From: Azolla caroliniana | Lineage: Eukaryota > Plantae > Polypodiophyta | NCBI GenBank assembly: GCA_043228905.1 | Contig: JBHGNT010000010.1 | Coordinates: 15,810,001-15,874,000 of the forward strand | Length of the DNA: 64,000 nt | Direction: 5' to 3' | Shown here: positions 1-9,515 of the stretch, piece by piece | How positions within the stretch are numbered: position 1 is the first letter of the stretch | Layout of the letters: each line of letters starts with the position of its first letter | Notes under the pieces: generated by a model | Seen by the model: the letters and a program-made list of their open reading frames with translations, nothing else | Database searches by the model: none | Told to the model about the DNA's origin: nothing | Program-made: the position numbers and the translations under genes

Positions 1-214
1 TGAATCGAGTCGGGCTGTGTGTGGGTGTGTGTGCGTGAGTCGGTGTTAAGCACGCTCTCTCTCTCTCGCTCGCTCTCTCTCCCTTCGGTTGCTTCCGGTG
101 TGTTTTTGAGATGCCCGAAAAGCAGTGAAGCACGACTTCCTACACTCCGTCGCTCCCTAGTCCAAGACCCCCGTGGTCCCGCCTTTCCCCACGCACGCGC
201 GTAACAACGCGACA
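1..214 (+). mobile_element. 3' part of an LTR (element Z; remainder outside the window)
   Basis: Clearly similar to about 765-980 and ends in the same AACGCGACA. It is followed by ATGTG and then the PPT of element Y, so Z sits just upstream of Y's PPT. Confidence 0.75.
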
Positions 215-225
215 ATGTGCGGTTA

Positions 226-980
226 GGTGGGGGCGGATGTCGTGAAGAATTTCGTCCAGAGGTGGAAACCGGGAAACATTGGCTACATCGGCGGGGTGCA
301 GCATGTGTGCTCACCCTTGTACATTTAGTGTGAATAACGAGGGCGCCTTTATTGCGCCGAAGAGTAGTTAAGTCGGGATTTATCCCACATTGTAACGCAT
401 CCCTCTCCTTGTTCTATAAAAGGAAGGGAGTGCCCTTTGTGAAGGGGTTGCCCATTTTGGCGTTAGAGGGTATACCGTTAGATTTAGGGTTAGTTACGCT
501 TGTTCTTCTTCTTCCCCCTTCGTGTTTTGCTTAGGGTTTGCTTTGGCTCGGCCTCCTGTGCAAGACCCCGCTCGGCGCGACGAGCCGAGAGCTCCCCGAC
601 GGCGGCTTGACAGCAGACGACTGTTGTAACCTACCTTGGTCCGGCTCGAAGCCGGGAATGTATTCTTCCTTTTATATATATACATTTGCGTCTGTCTGTG
701 TATATTCGCATCTCTGTTGGTGTCGGGTGCTTCCCCTTTCCTGCGTTTCCTGTACATAAGGGCGTGAGTCGGGTCGGCATGTGTGTGTATGTGCGTGTGT
801 GTGCGTGAGTCGGTGTGAAGCGCGCGCTCCCTCTTTTTCTCTCTCTCCCTTCGGTCGCTTCCGGTGTTCTTCTGGGATTCCCCGGAAACGGTGAAGCATG
901 ACTTCCTACGCTCCGTCACTCCCTAGTCCAAGACCCCCGTGGTCCCACCTTTCTCCACGCGCGCGCGTAGCAACGCGACA
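226..980 (+). mobile_element. PPT and 3' LTR (238-980) of LTR retrotransposon Y, a relative of A, inserted in A's 5' LTR
   Basis: GGTGGGGGCGGA followed by TGTCGTGAAGAATTTCG, nearly identical to A's PPT/LTR start at 20,878-20,906. Termini TGTCG...CGACA; CTATAAAAGG at 414. A's LTR sequence resumes at 981. Confidence 0.8.
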
Positions 981-1051
981 ACGTGTGATGTGCGCTCAAT
1001 TGTAAATATAAAAATAAGACTAAAGCCTAGTAACATTTAAGTACATACATA

Positions 1052-1126
1052 GGGGTAGAAGCAAGGCTTGAACCTTGCACCTCCAAGATAGGAGACAAAT
1101 TAACTTACCACTAAAGCCACTATTGA
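1052..1126 (-). promoter_or_regulatory. tRNA-like cassette (A-box/B-box) in LTR of A; second copy about 21,119-21,193
   Basis: Minus strand reads TGGCTTTAGTGGT...GCAAGGTTCAAGCCTTGC. A-box T to B-box GGTTC distance is 45 nt, with a T-arm-like stem. Not a complete cloverleaf. Confidence 0.45.
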
Positions 1127-1354
1127 GTGCTTTAAAATTTGTATATTTTCTTTTCATATTCAATATTTTGTAGGAAGCAAACATATAGAAACCGTGGGCA
1201 CAAAACCATGGTTTTAGCCCATGGTTTCAACTCGTGGTTTTAGCCCATGGGTTTAGCCCATGGTTTTTGCATGGAGAGACCTATAAAAGCCTATAGTTGG
1301 GCTTGTATAAGGAAGGCAAGTGATGTAAGTAAAAAAGAAACTTTTAATCAAAGA

Positions 1355-1418
1355 TCTGAGTTATCCTAATGGTGACGTATCTTGTCTCGTAAAACTAAAG
1401 GCAAGGGTTCAATCTCTA
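1355..1418 (+). promoter_or_regulatory. Second tRNA-like cassette in LTR of A; copy about 21,370-21,432
   Basis: TATCCTAATGGT...TTGTCTCGTAAAACTAAAGGCAAGGGTTCAATCTC; A-to-B distance 44 nt. Confidence 0.35.
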
Positions 1419-1471
1419 TCTCAATCTCTCTCTTTTTCTCTCTCTTCATCCATCTATCTATCTTCAATACT

Positions 1472-1951
1472 TGTTGTCCATAGGCCAGAAATATAAATTA
1501 GTTAAATGTAATACGCCGGTAGGTAAGGCGAGTTAGGAAAACGCCGAGTTTCGAGCCTCACAGTCAGCCGACCGCTCGGCTCTGTATGAAGAAAAAGTAT
1601 ATAAACCAAGGTCTGCGTACCTCAGCAAGGGGGGAGATACCTACCTAGATCATTCTGAGCGAGAGTAATATCATAGGAGCAAGCTCTGTAAGTACTATTT
1701 CCGGTTGAGGCCGAGTATTGTAATCACTGTAAGCTTTATCATGGAATATAAGTTTCGTCTTTTCTAAACTCCTATCTGTGTATTCTCCCCGTACTCGTAA
1801 TTCGGGCTACGTTAATACTTAACGGGTTGTAGCCCGTGCACGATCCTTGTTCTCTTTTTTCCCGTGTAGAAGAAGCTTCCACGTAATACGATCCCTTGAC
1901 ACCGATAGCCTGTGGGCTCATCGAAGGTGTTTTCCAAAGGAATGGATAACA
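1472..1951 (+). mobile_element. Solo LTR (480 bp) inserted in A's 5' LTR
   Basis: Termini TGTTGTCCA...TGGATAACA; perfect ATACT TSD at 1,467-1,471 and 1,952-1,956. Absent from A's 3' LTR, which shows the empty site. Confidence 0.9.
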
Positions 1952-2057
1952 ATACTTTCTCACTTACACTGCTAAAAACATCGAATCCTTCCGGTCCAGG
2001 ACCCCGGTGGTCCTGCTTCATTTCACGAACACGCGAGGATTTCCTCGACATCTTACT

Positions 2058-2075
2058 TGGTGAACCCGACGTGAA
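2058..2075 (+). promoter_or_regulatory. Primer-binding site complementary to the tRNA-Trp 3' end
   Basis: TGGTGAACCCGACGTGAA is the reverse complement of TTCACGTCGGGTTCACCA (plant tRNA-Trp 3' end as I recall it). It lies 7 nt after the LTR's terminal CA. Confidence 0.85.
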
Positions 2076-2096
2076 GAAGCGGTAGGAAGGGTCAAG

Positions 2097-3700
2097 ATGA
2101 GGATCAACCAATACTTGGAGATGGCATCCTCAAGCAATCAAGTGGGAGAGTTCGAAAGAATGATGATAATCTTCGAACAAATGATGAGATCTCGGGACAA
2201 CGATGCAAGCGCGGAGAAGGCCGTCAACAGTGTCATGGGGGTCGAGGGTTAATTTGATGGAATAAACATTACGAAGTTCCTAGATGTATACAAAAGGGAG
2301 ATGAATCAAAGGGACGTGTCTGAAGCACGTCAAATCTCGAGTTTCAAGCGAGTTGCCACCAACAACGTCTAAAGGCGGGTCATTGAGCTTCAAGAAAGGA
2401 AGACAACGTGGTCAGAGTTTGAAAGAGCAATATTAGCAGAGTTTGTGATGGAAGATTTGTCGAGGATGACTCAACATGTCTTGATGAAGTGGATAGAAAC
2501 GAAAAATAAGAAGATGAGCGCCTCGAGGGTATACGACAAGTTCGACCAGATGTTTAGTCATCTCCCTACCATGGACCAAGTGCTGCTTGAGGAGGACAAG
2601 ACTTTGTACTTCTTGAAAGCTATGGATATGAAGGATAGACGAGAATTGGGGACTCTCCTCGAAGATGATACCCAAGTGAACGGGCTTGTGGCAGACTGGG
2701 TTGCGTCGAAGAGAGCGTGCAACAAGATCGATAGGCGTCATCAATGGCTTGAATATATTAACTTGGTAAGGTCAAACGTAGAAAAAACAAGACTATCTAA
2801 AGAAGTCGAGCTACCTAAACAAAGCAACCTACATGAAAAGAAGTTTGATGATGACTCGAGGACGGAGAAGGCCACTTCGAGGGAGGATGAATGTTTCGAA
2901 ATACGCGTCATGTTCGAAACATCGGATGATGAAGGAGCAAGCCTAATCGAAGCTTGCGTCAATGGAGATAAAGAGTGTGAGGCTAGTGTAATTGAGGATC
3001 TAGCCACTAAAGACGACATCAAGGAGGTGACTATGAACAAGACAACAAGCGTCGACAACGACCATGGCCAGATTTTCTCCGCACTTGTTCCAAAGACTTG
3101 GGCAGTTTCGTCCAAGAACCAACGTGAAACCCAAGAGACGAAATGTGTCGGCAAGGATCCGAAGGTCAAAACGAATACATGCGACGAAGAGAGAAGCATA
3201 ATCGAAGCTTGCTCGATCAAGAGGGTCAATGGGTACGAGGCCCATGAGCTTGAAGAGATAGCCACGAAAAATTACATCGAGTCAGAGGTGGTTATGGAAG
3301 AATTAATGGCACATGACCGCGTTGAGGATTCCTTCACACAAGTTCCGGAGACTTGGGCAGTTGCAGAGAGCCAACGTGAGACCCAAGAGATGGAAGGTGG
3401 TAGTAAGGGGAAGGACCAAGATGGTGTGCACAACATCAAGGCGAAGATAGATATGGACGAGTCGATGGTGAATGATGGCAGTGACAAGACTTTCCCCAGA
3501 CTGGTTCCAGAGACTTGGGTAGTTGCGTCCGAGAACCAACATAAGACCCAAGAGACGGAAGGTGGCAACAAGGGGTAGTTCAAATCTAATGTGAAATATG
3601 ACATCAAGACAAAGGTGTCGAAGGCAATTGACCAAAGACAAATGGATTCCTTCACACATGTTCAAGAGACTTGGGCAGTTGTGGTTCAAAGCCAATGTGA
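2097..3700 (+). pseudogene. Gag-like ORF of A fused to an acidic repeat region (5' part; continues 20,095 to about 20,770)
   Basis: ATG 2,097 is in frame with ORFs 2,445-3,578 and 3,591 onward, broken by in-frame stops. FDGINITKFLDVYKREM and TWSEFERAIL are gag-like; VPETW..(S/N)QRETQE repeats follow. Confidence 0.65.
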
Positions 3701-4314
3701 TGTCGAATACGAGTGTATAATGGCCGTATTCCCACTGTCCCTTTGGACAACCCAAGTTTGGGCTATTTTTGTAAATAGCATAAAGGGCAGTTGCCCTAGG
3801 ATAGTCACTATATAAAGTGACTTTGTAACATTTAGTGGAAGGTTGTGTTGGGAACTCAACGCTCGTTATGCGCAACGCTCGGACACAACTGAGCTTAGAA
3901 TGATACACAGAAAACGGGAAATAAAACGCGACACAAAGAAGGAGAGAATACACAGGAGGTTTACGTGGAAAACCCCAAACTAGGGGGAAAATAAAACCAC
4001 GGCAGCCCACAGGCTGCAAACTGTCACTATGTAAGAATGTACAACAATGAGTTCACTGAGGCAACGACCTCGTGCTCACAGATCTTCGCCACAGGCGGCG
4101 GTTACAACAGAGGCAACGAACTCTTTCTCTCTCTCTCTCTCTCTGTACAGTTACGCACTCACTCTATTCTTGCACCAACAAGAATGACAACAACCACTAC
4201 TAAAAGTTTGCCCTAAGTCATCTTTATACTAATATGACTTTTCGGCTATTTACAAATGTAGCCTCGATGGGCTCTCAGAAACATATTTACGAATATGTCT
4301 CTTCATCCAGTTCT

Positions 4315-4530
4315 CACCGGGTCTGTACCATCCGGCTCTCCGTAGTCGGGTACTCCTCATCCGGTTCATACCGGGCCTGCACCATCCGGCTCTGTGTAGC
4401 CGGGTACTCCTCATCCGGTTCATACCGGGCCTGCACCATCCGGCTCTCCGAAGCCGGGTACTCCTCATCCGGTTCATACCGGGCCTGCACCATCCGGCTC
4501 TCCGAAGTCGGGTACTCCTCATCCGGTTTT
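4315..4530. repeat. 54-bp tandem repeat in C LTR (about 4 copies here, about 3 at 9,160-9,315)
   Basis: Unit TGCACCATCCGGCTCTCCGAAGCCGGGTACTCCTCATCCGGTTCATACCGGGCC; one extra unit accounts for most of the 755 vs 702 bp LTR length difference. Confidence 0.9.
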
Positions 4531-4610
4531 GGCCTCGGCCGAGTTTGTTCATTGGCACTGTTCTTCTCCCTTCCCATCTGGAGGGACCTGTCTCCCAACA
4601 AACTCCCCCT

Positions 4611-7600
4611 TCACTCCGGCATGGGGTGTCTTACCAGCCCGATCTTCTTCCGGCATGCGTTCAGCTTGTCGGGTGTCAACACTTTGGTCAGCATATCTGA
4701 CCCGTTCTCGGGCGTGTGGATCTTCGTCAATGTGAACTCCTGGTCATCTACTCTTTCCTGGATCCAGTGATACCTCCGTTGGATATGCTTCGTCCGGGAA
4801 TGGTAGGCTGCATTCTTAGCAAGGTGGATGACACTTTGACTGTCGCAATAGAGTCGGTATTCCTCTTGCCGGATACCGAGCTCTCCGATGAAGTCCTTCA
4901 TCCATAATATTTCCTTGCCGGCTTCCACAGCCGCCATGTACTCCGCCTCCGTGGTTGACAATGCAACCGTCTTCTGCAGCCTCGACTGCCACGAAACAGC
5001 TCCCCCTGCATATGTCATTACATACTCGGATGTAGACCGGCTGGTATCCACATCAACCGACATGTCCAAATCGGTGAAACCGTCCAGTTGAGGTTTTCCT
5101 GAGCCGAATCGGAGACACATGTTTGAAGTGCCCTTCAAATACCGGAGTATCCATTTGACCGCATTCCAGTGCTCCTTGCCGGGATTGCTCATGAACCGGC
5201 TCACCACTCGGACTGCGTATCCTATATCTGGTCGGGTACACACCATTGCGTACATCAAGCTCCCGACGGTAGAGGCATATGGAATCTTCATCATATCCGC
5301 CTTCTCTGCTTTTGTCTTCGGGCTCTACTTACCGGATAGCCTGCAGATTGCCGGAAGTGTCGATCCGACCGGTTTCGCTTCTGACATGTTCAACCGGTGA
5401 AGCACCTTTGTCATGTACTTCTCCTGTGACAGCCATAATTGCTTCTTTAACCGGTCCCGAATGATGTGCATCCCCAACATTTGTCTTGCCGGACCCAAGT
5501 CTTTCATTGAGAAGGTCCGGTTGAGAGCCTTCTTCAGCATCCGTATTTTGACTTGGTCCCATCCGACGATCAACATGTCATCCACGTACAGAAGGAGTAT
5601 TAGGAAGTCGCCTCCTTCGAACTTCTTCACAAACACGCAATGATTGGCCTGCGTCTTGTGATACCCTTGATCGGTCATGAAGGAGTCGAACTTCCGGTAC
5701 CATTGTCGGGGAGCCTGCTTCAGTCCGTACAGGCTCTTCTTCAACCGGCATACCAGGTGCTCCTTCCCTTTCTCCACGAATCCTTCCGATTGCTGCATGT
5801 AGATCTCCTCTTCGAGGTCGCCATGAAGGAATGTCGTCTTCACGTCCAGTTGCTCTACCTCGAGGTCCATGCTTGCTACTATACTCAGCACCGTCCGGAT
5901 GGAGGTCATCTTTACTACCGGGGCAAATATCTCGTCGAAGTCCACGCCCTTCTTCTTCTGGAACCCCTTCACCACGATCCTGGCTTTGTATCTCGGGGGG
6001 TTGCCGACATCTCCCGGTTTCAACTTGTACACCCACTTGTTTCGGAGTGCCCGCTTTCCTTTCGGCAACTCCACCAATTCGTACGTATGGTTCTCATGCA
6101 GGGAATCCATCTCATCCTGCATGGCACTTAACCACTTTCGGCTATGGGTGTCTTCCTTCGCTTCTTTGAAGCTTTTCGGCTCCCCCTCATCGGTCAGTAG
6201 AACATGATCTGCATCCGGAAATCTCCGGGGGGGCCTTCTCTCTCTGAGAGGATATCTCTGTCTCTGGGCTTCAGTGACCGGCTCATCCATCTGCTCTTCA
6301 TCCGAATCCGATTCGGGGTCTTGGCCGGTTCCGGTTTCAGCTTCCTCTACTTCTTCTTCAGCCTGTTCAGTATCCTCATCGTAACCGGCTGGTACCTCGA
6401 GTGCTAACCGGTCTCTTGCCGGTTGGGTCTGCTCATCGTACAATCGATCCTTACCGGTCGACTCGGAGTTCATTATCTTCTTCTCCGACTCCCAGTCGGC
6501 GAGCGCCTTGTCTTCCATGAAGATAATATCTCGACTCCGGAATACCTTCTTGTCGACCGGGTCCCACACTCGGTAGCCGAACTCATCGTCACCGTAACCG
6601 AGGAATATGCATGGCCGGGTCTTTGGATCTAACTTTCCTCTCCGGTCCTTTGCTACATGCACGTACGCGAGACACCCGAACACCTTCAGATGCCGGTAGG
6701 ACCCGTCCTTACCGGTCCACACTCTCTGTGGTGTGTCTCCGTCCAAGGGTACTGAGGGTGATCTGTTTATCACGTATGTCGCCGTCGACAGTGCCTCAGC
6801 CCAAAACTTCTTGGGTAGTTTTGCATGCGCTAGCATACTCCGGACCCTCTCCATTATGGTCCGGTTCATCCTCTCGGCCAGTCCGTTTAGTTCCGGTGTC
6901 TTCGGCACGGTAAATTCGAGCCGGATTCCCTTCGAGCAACAGTACTCCTCGAACTGCCCCCAGTATTCACCTCTGTTATCTGCTCGAACCGCCTTCAGCT
7001 TCCGGCAGGTTTCTCTTTCCACTCTCGCGTAGAGCTCTTTGAAGACAGATAGCACCTGATCCTTCGTCTTCAACGGTGTGGCCCACAGCTTCCGGCTGTG
7101 GTCATCTATAAAGGTCACGAAGTACTGCGCTCCGGCATGTGACTTCGTGTCTACTTGACACCCATCCGTATGCACCAACTCCAATGGTGCATTACGTCTC
7201 ATCGGTGGCCTTGGTCGGAAGGAGGTCCGGTTTTGCTTACCGGCCAGACAATCAGTGCACTTCTCCAAGTGCACGTTCTTCACTAGAATGAGGTTGTCGT
7301 CTGCAAGCCTCTTCATCCCCTTCTCGCTCATGTGACACAGCCTCTTGTGCCACAGCTCACCGGCAGTGTTGGATGCCACGTTCACTTCTTCCGGGCATAA
7401 CCGGGCATTCATCAGGTACAATGTGTTTACCTTCCGGGCCCGAGCCACAATCAGGCTCCCTTTGCTGAACTTCATGACACCGTTCCGGATGCTACCCATG
7501 TAGCCTTCATCATCTAGCCGATCGGCTGATATCAGGTTCAGACGAACTTCCGGAACGTGTCGGACATCCTTCAGCAGCAACTTGCATCCGGTTGGTGTCG

Positions 7601-8657
7601 ACAGCCACACGTCTCCTATGCCGACAATTCGGCAAGTCCCTTCATTCCCCATCCGGACACAGTTGTGATCACCGGCTGAGTAGGATGAGAAGCATTTCCG
7701 GTCCAGGGTAAGGTGGAACGACGCTCCGGAGTCTACCACCCAGGTCATCTCGTCGCCGGCAAGGTTTATCTCACTCTCCTCGGTGATGAGCATCAACTCT
7801 TCTTCACTTGCCGCGATTGTCGTCGTCCCCTTCCGGTCCGGCCCCCTCCGGTCTTTACCATTCCGGTCTGGGCTCCGCTTCGAATCGGTACCGTCGGTCT
7901 CCTTATCTTTTCGGAAATGCCGACAGTTCTTTTGGAAGTGTCCCGGCTTGCCGCAATAGAAGCAAGTGGGCCTCCCCCTTGACTTTGATCGTGTCCCCGA
8001 CTTCTCCCGGTTCTGGGGACTACGGTTTCTATGTCTTCCGCGTTCCGATTCGGTAAGGAGGGCTTTGGAGTCGGAGCTCGTATCTTTGTCTTTCCGACAC
8101 GCCTCCTCATCTAGCAAGCTCGACTTTACTCTTGCTAGGGATAACCGTTTTCCTTCCGGCCCGGCGTTGCCCAAAGTGACAACCAACGTCTCCCAGCTAT
8201 CTGGGAGGGAACCGAGCAGGAGTAGCGTTAGTACCTCATCGGCAAGAGGTACTTCCAATGACGTTGCCTGGTGTATCAGCCCCTGGAAGGCATTCATATG
8301 CTCCGCCATGCTGGAGCCATCTTGGTACCGGAGTCTTACTAGCTTCCGGAATATCGAAACCTGATTAACAGCATTTTTGTTTTGAAACATTATGCCGATC
8401 TTCTCCCAGAGCTCATGAGCCTTGCTCTCTTCATTGAAATTGTTGTACAGGGTCATGTCGATGAAGCACCGTATGTACGTCGTTGTCTTCATGTGCATCA
8501 CCTCCCATATTGCGGCGTCGATTTTGTCCGGTCTCTTGTCCCCGAACTGAACCGGCAGCCAGAGGTCTTTAACCACGAGCATGTCCCTCATCTTCGACTT
8601 CCACACTGAGTAGTTGGAGCCGGTGAGCTTGAACATGCCACCAAATGATTCGTCCAT
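4611..8657 (-). pseudogene. Gag-Pol polyprotein of C with one premature stop (5,325-5,327)
   Basis: CFYCGKPGHFQKNC knuckle, WVVDSGAS protease, HHCC and D-D-E integrase, YVDD RT, TEAEY/CDSQS RNase H, in copia order. ORFs 5,325-8,657 and 4,611-5,294 are in frame (SGK* probably from CAG>TAG). Confidence 0.93.
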
Positions 8658-9393
8658 TTTCTGTGTCGATTCGCTCTGATACCACTTGTCGGGAACTCAA
8701 CGCTCGTTATGCGCAACACTCGGCCACAACCGAGCTTAGAATGATACACAGAAAACGGGAAATAAAACGCGACACAAAGAAGGAGAGAATACACAGGAGG
8801 TTTACGTGGAAAACCCCAAACTAGGGGAAAAAAAAACCACGGCAGCCCACAGGCTGCAAACTGTCACTACGTAAGAATCTACAACAATGAGTTCACTGAG
8901 GCAATGACCTCGTGCTCACAGATCTTCGCCACAGGCGACGGTTACAACAGAGGCAACGACCTCTTTCTCTCTCTCTCTCTCTCTCTGTACAGTTACGCAC
9001 TCACTCTATTCTTGCACCAACAAGAATGACAACAACCACTACTAAAAGTTTGCCCTAAGTCATATTTATACTAATATGACTTTTCGGCTATTTACAAATG
9101 TAGCCTCGATGGGCTCTCAGAAACATATTTACGAATATGTCTCTTCATCCGGTTCTCACCGGGTCTGTACCATCCGGCTCTCCGTAGCCGGGTACTCCTC
9201 ATCCGGTTCATACCGGGCCTGCACCATCCGGCTCTCCGAAGCCGGGTACTCCTCATCTGGTTCATATCGGGCCTGCACCATCCAGCTCTCCGAAGTCGGG
9301 TACTCCTCATCCGGTTTCGGCCTCGGCCGAGTTTGTTCATCAGCACTGTTCTTCTCCCTTCCCATCCGGAGGGACCTGTCTCCCAACAGGTTG

Positions 9394-9477
9394 TGTTGGA
9401 GACGAGGTCGTCAATGCGGAAGATCAAGAAGCATTCGATTCTTGTTGAATACCTGCGTATGACAGATTGTAGGTCGT

Positions 9478-9515
<38 letters not shown>

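Larger units (their letters stand above)
3846..9388 (-). mobile_element. Element C: Ty1/copia (Tnt1/Tork-like), near intact
   Basis: LTRs 8,687-9,388 (5') and 3,846-4,600 (3'); iMet PBS 8,673-8,684; PPT 4,601-4,610; GGTTG on both sides. Confidence 0.95.

Noticed and set aside
1052-1126. Functional tRNA gene
   Set aside because: Acceptor and anticodon stems do not pair convincingly and the T-loop is 6 nt; kept only as a tRNA-like promoter candidate.
4234-4770. Repetitive ORFs (EPDEEYP.. / GYSSSGSYRAC..), also at 9,076-9,562 and 62,642-62,863
   Set aside because: By-products of the 54-bp LTR repeat being a multiple of three; the solo LTR has a 29-bp unit that breaks the periodicity.
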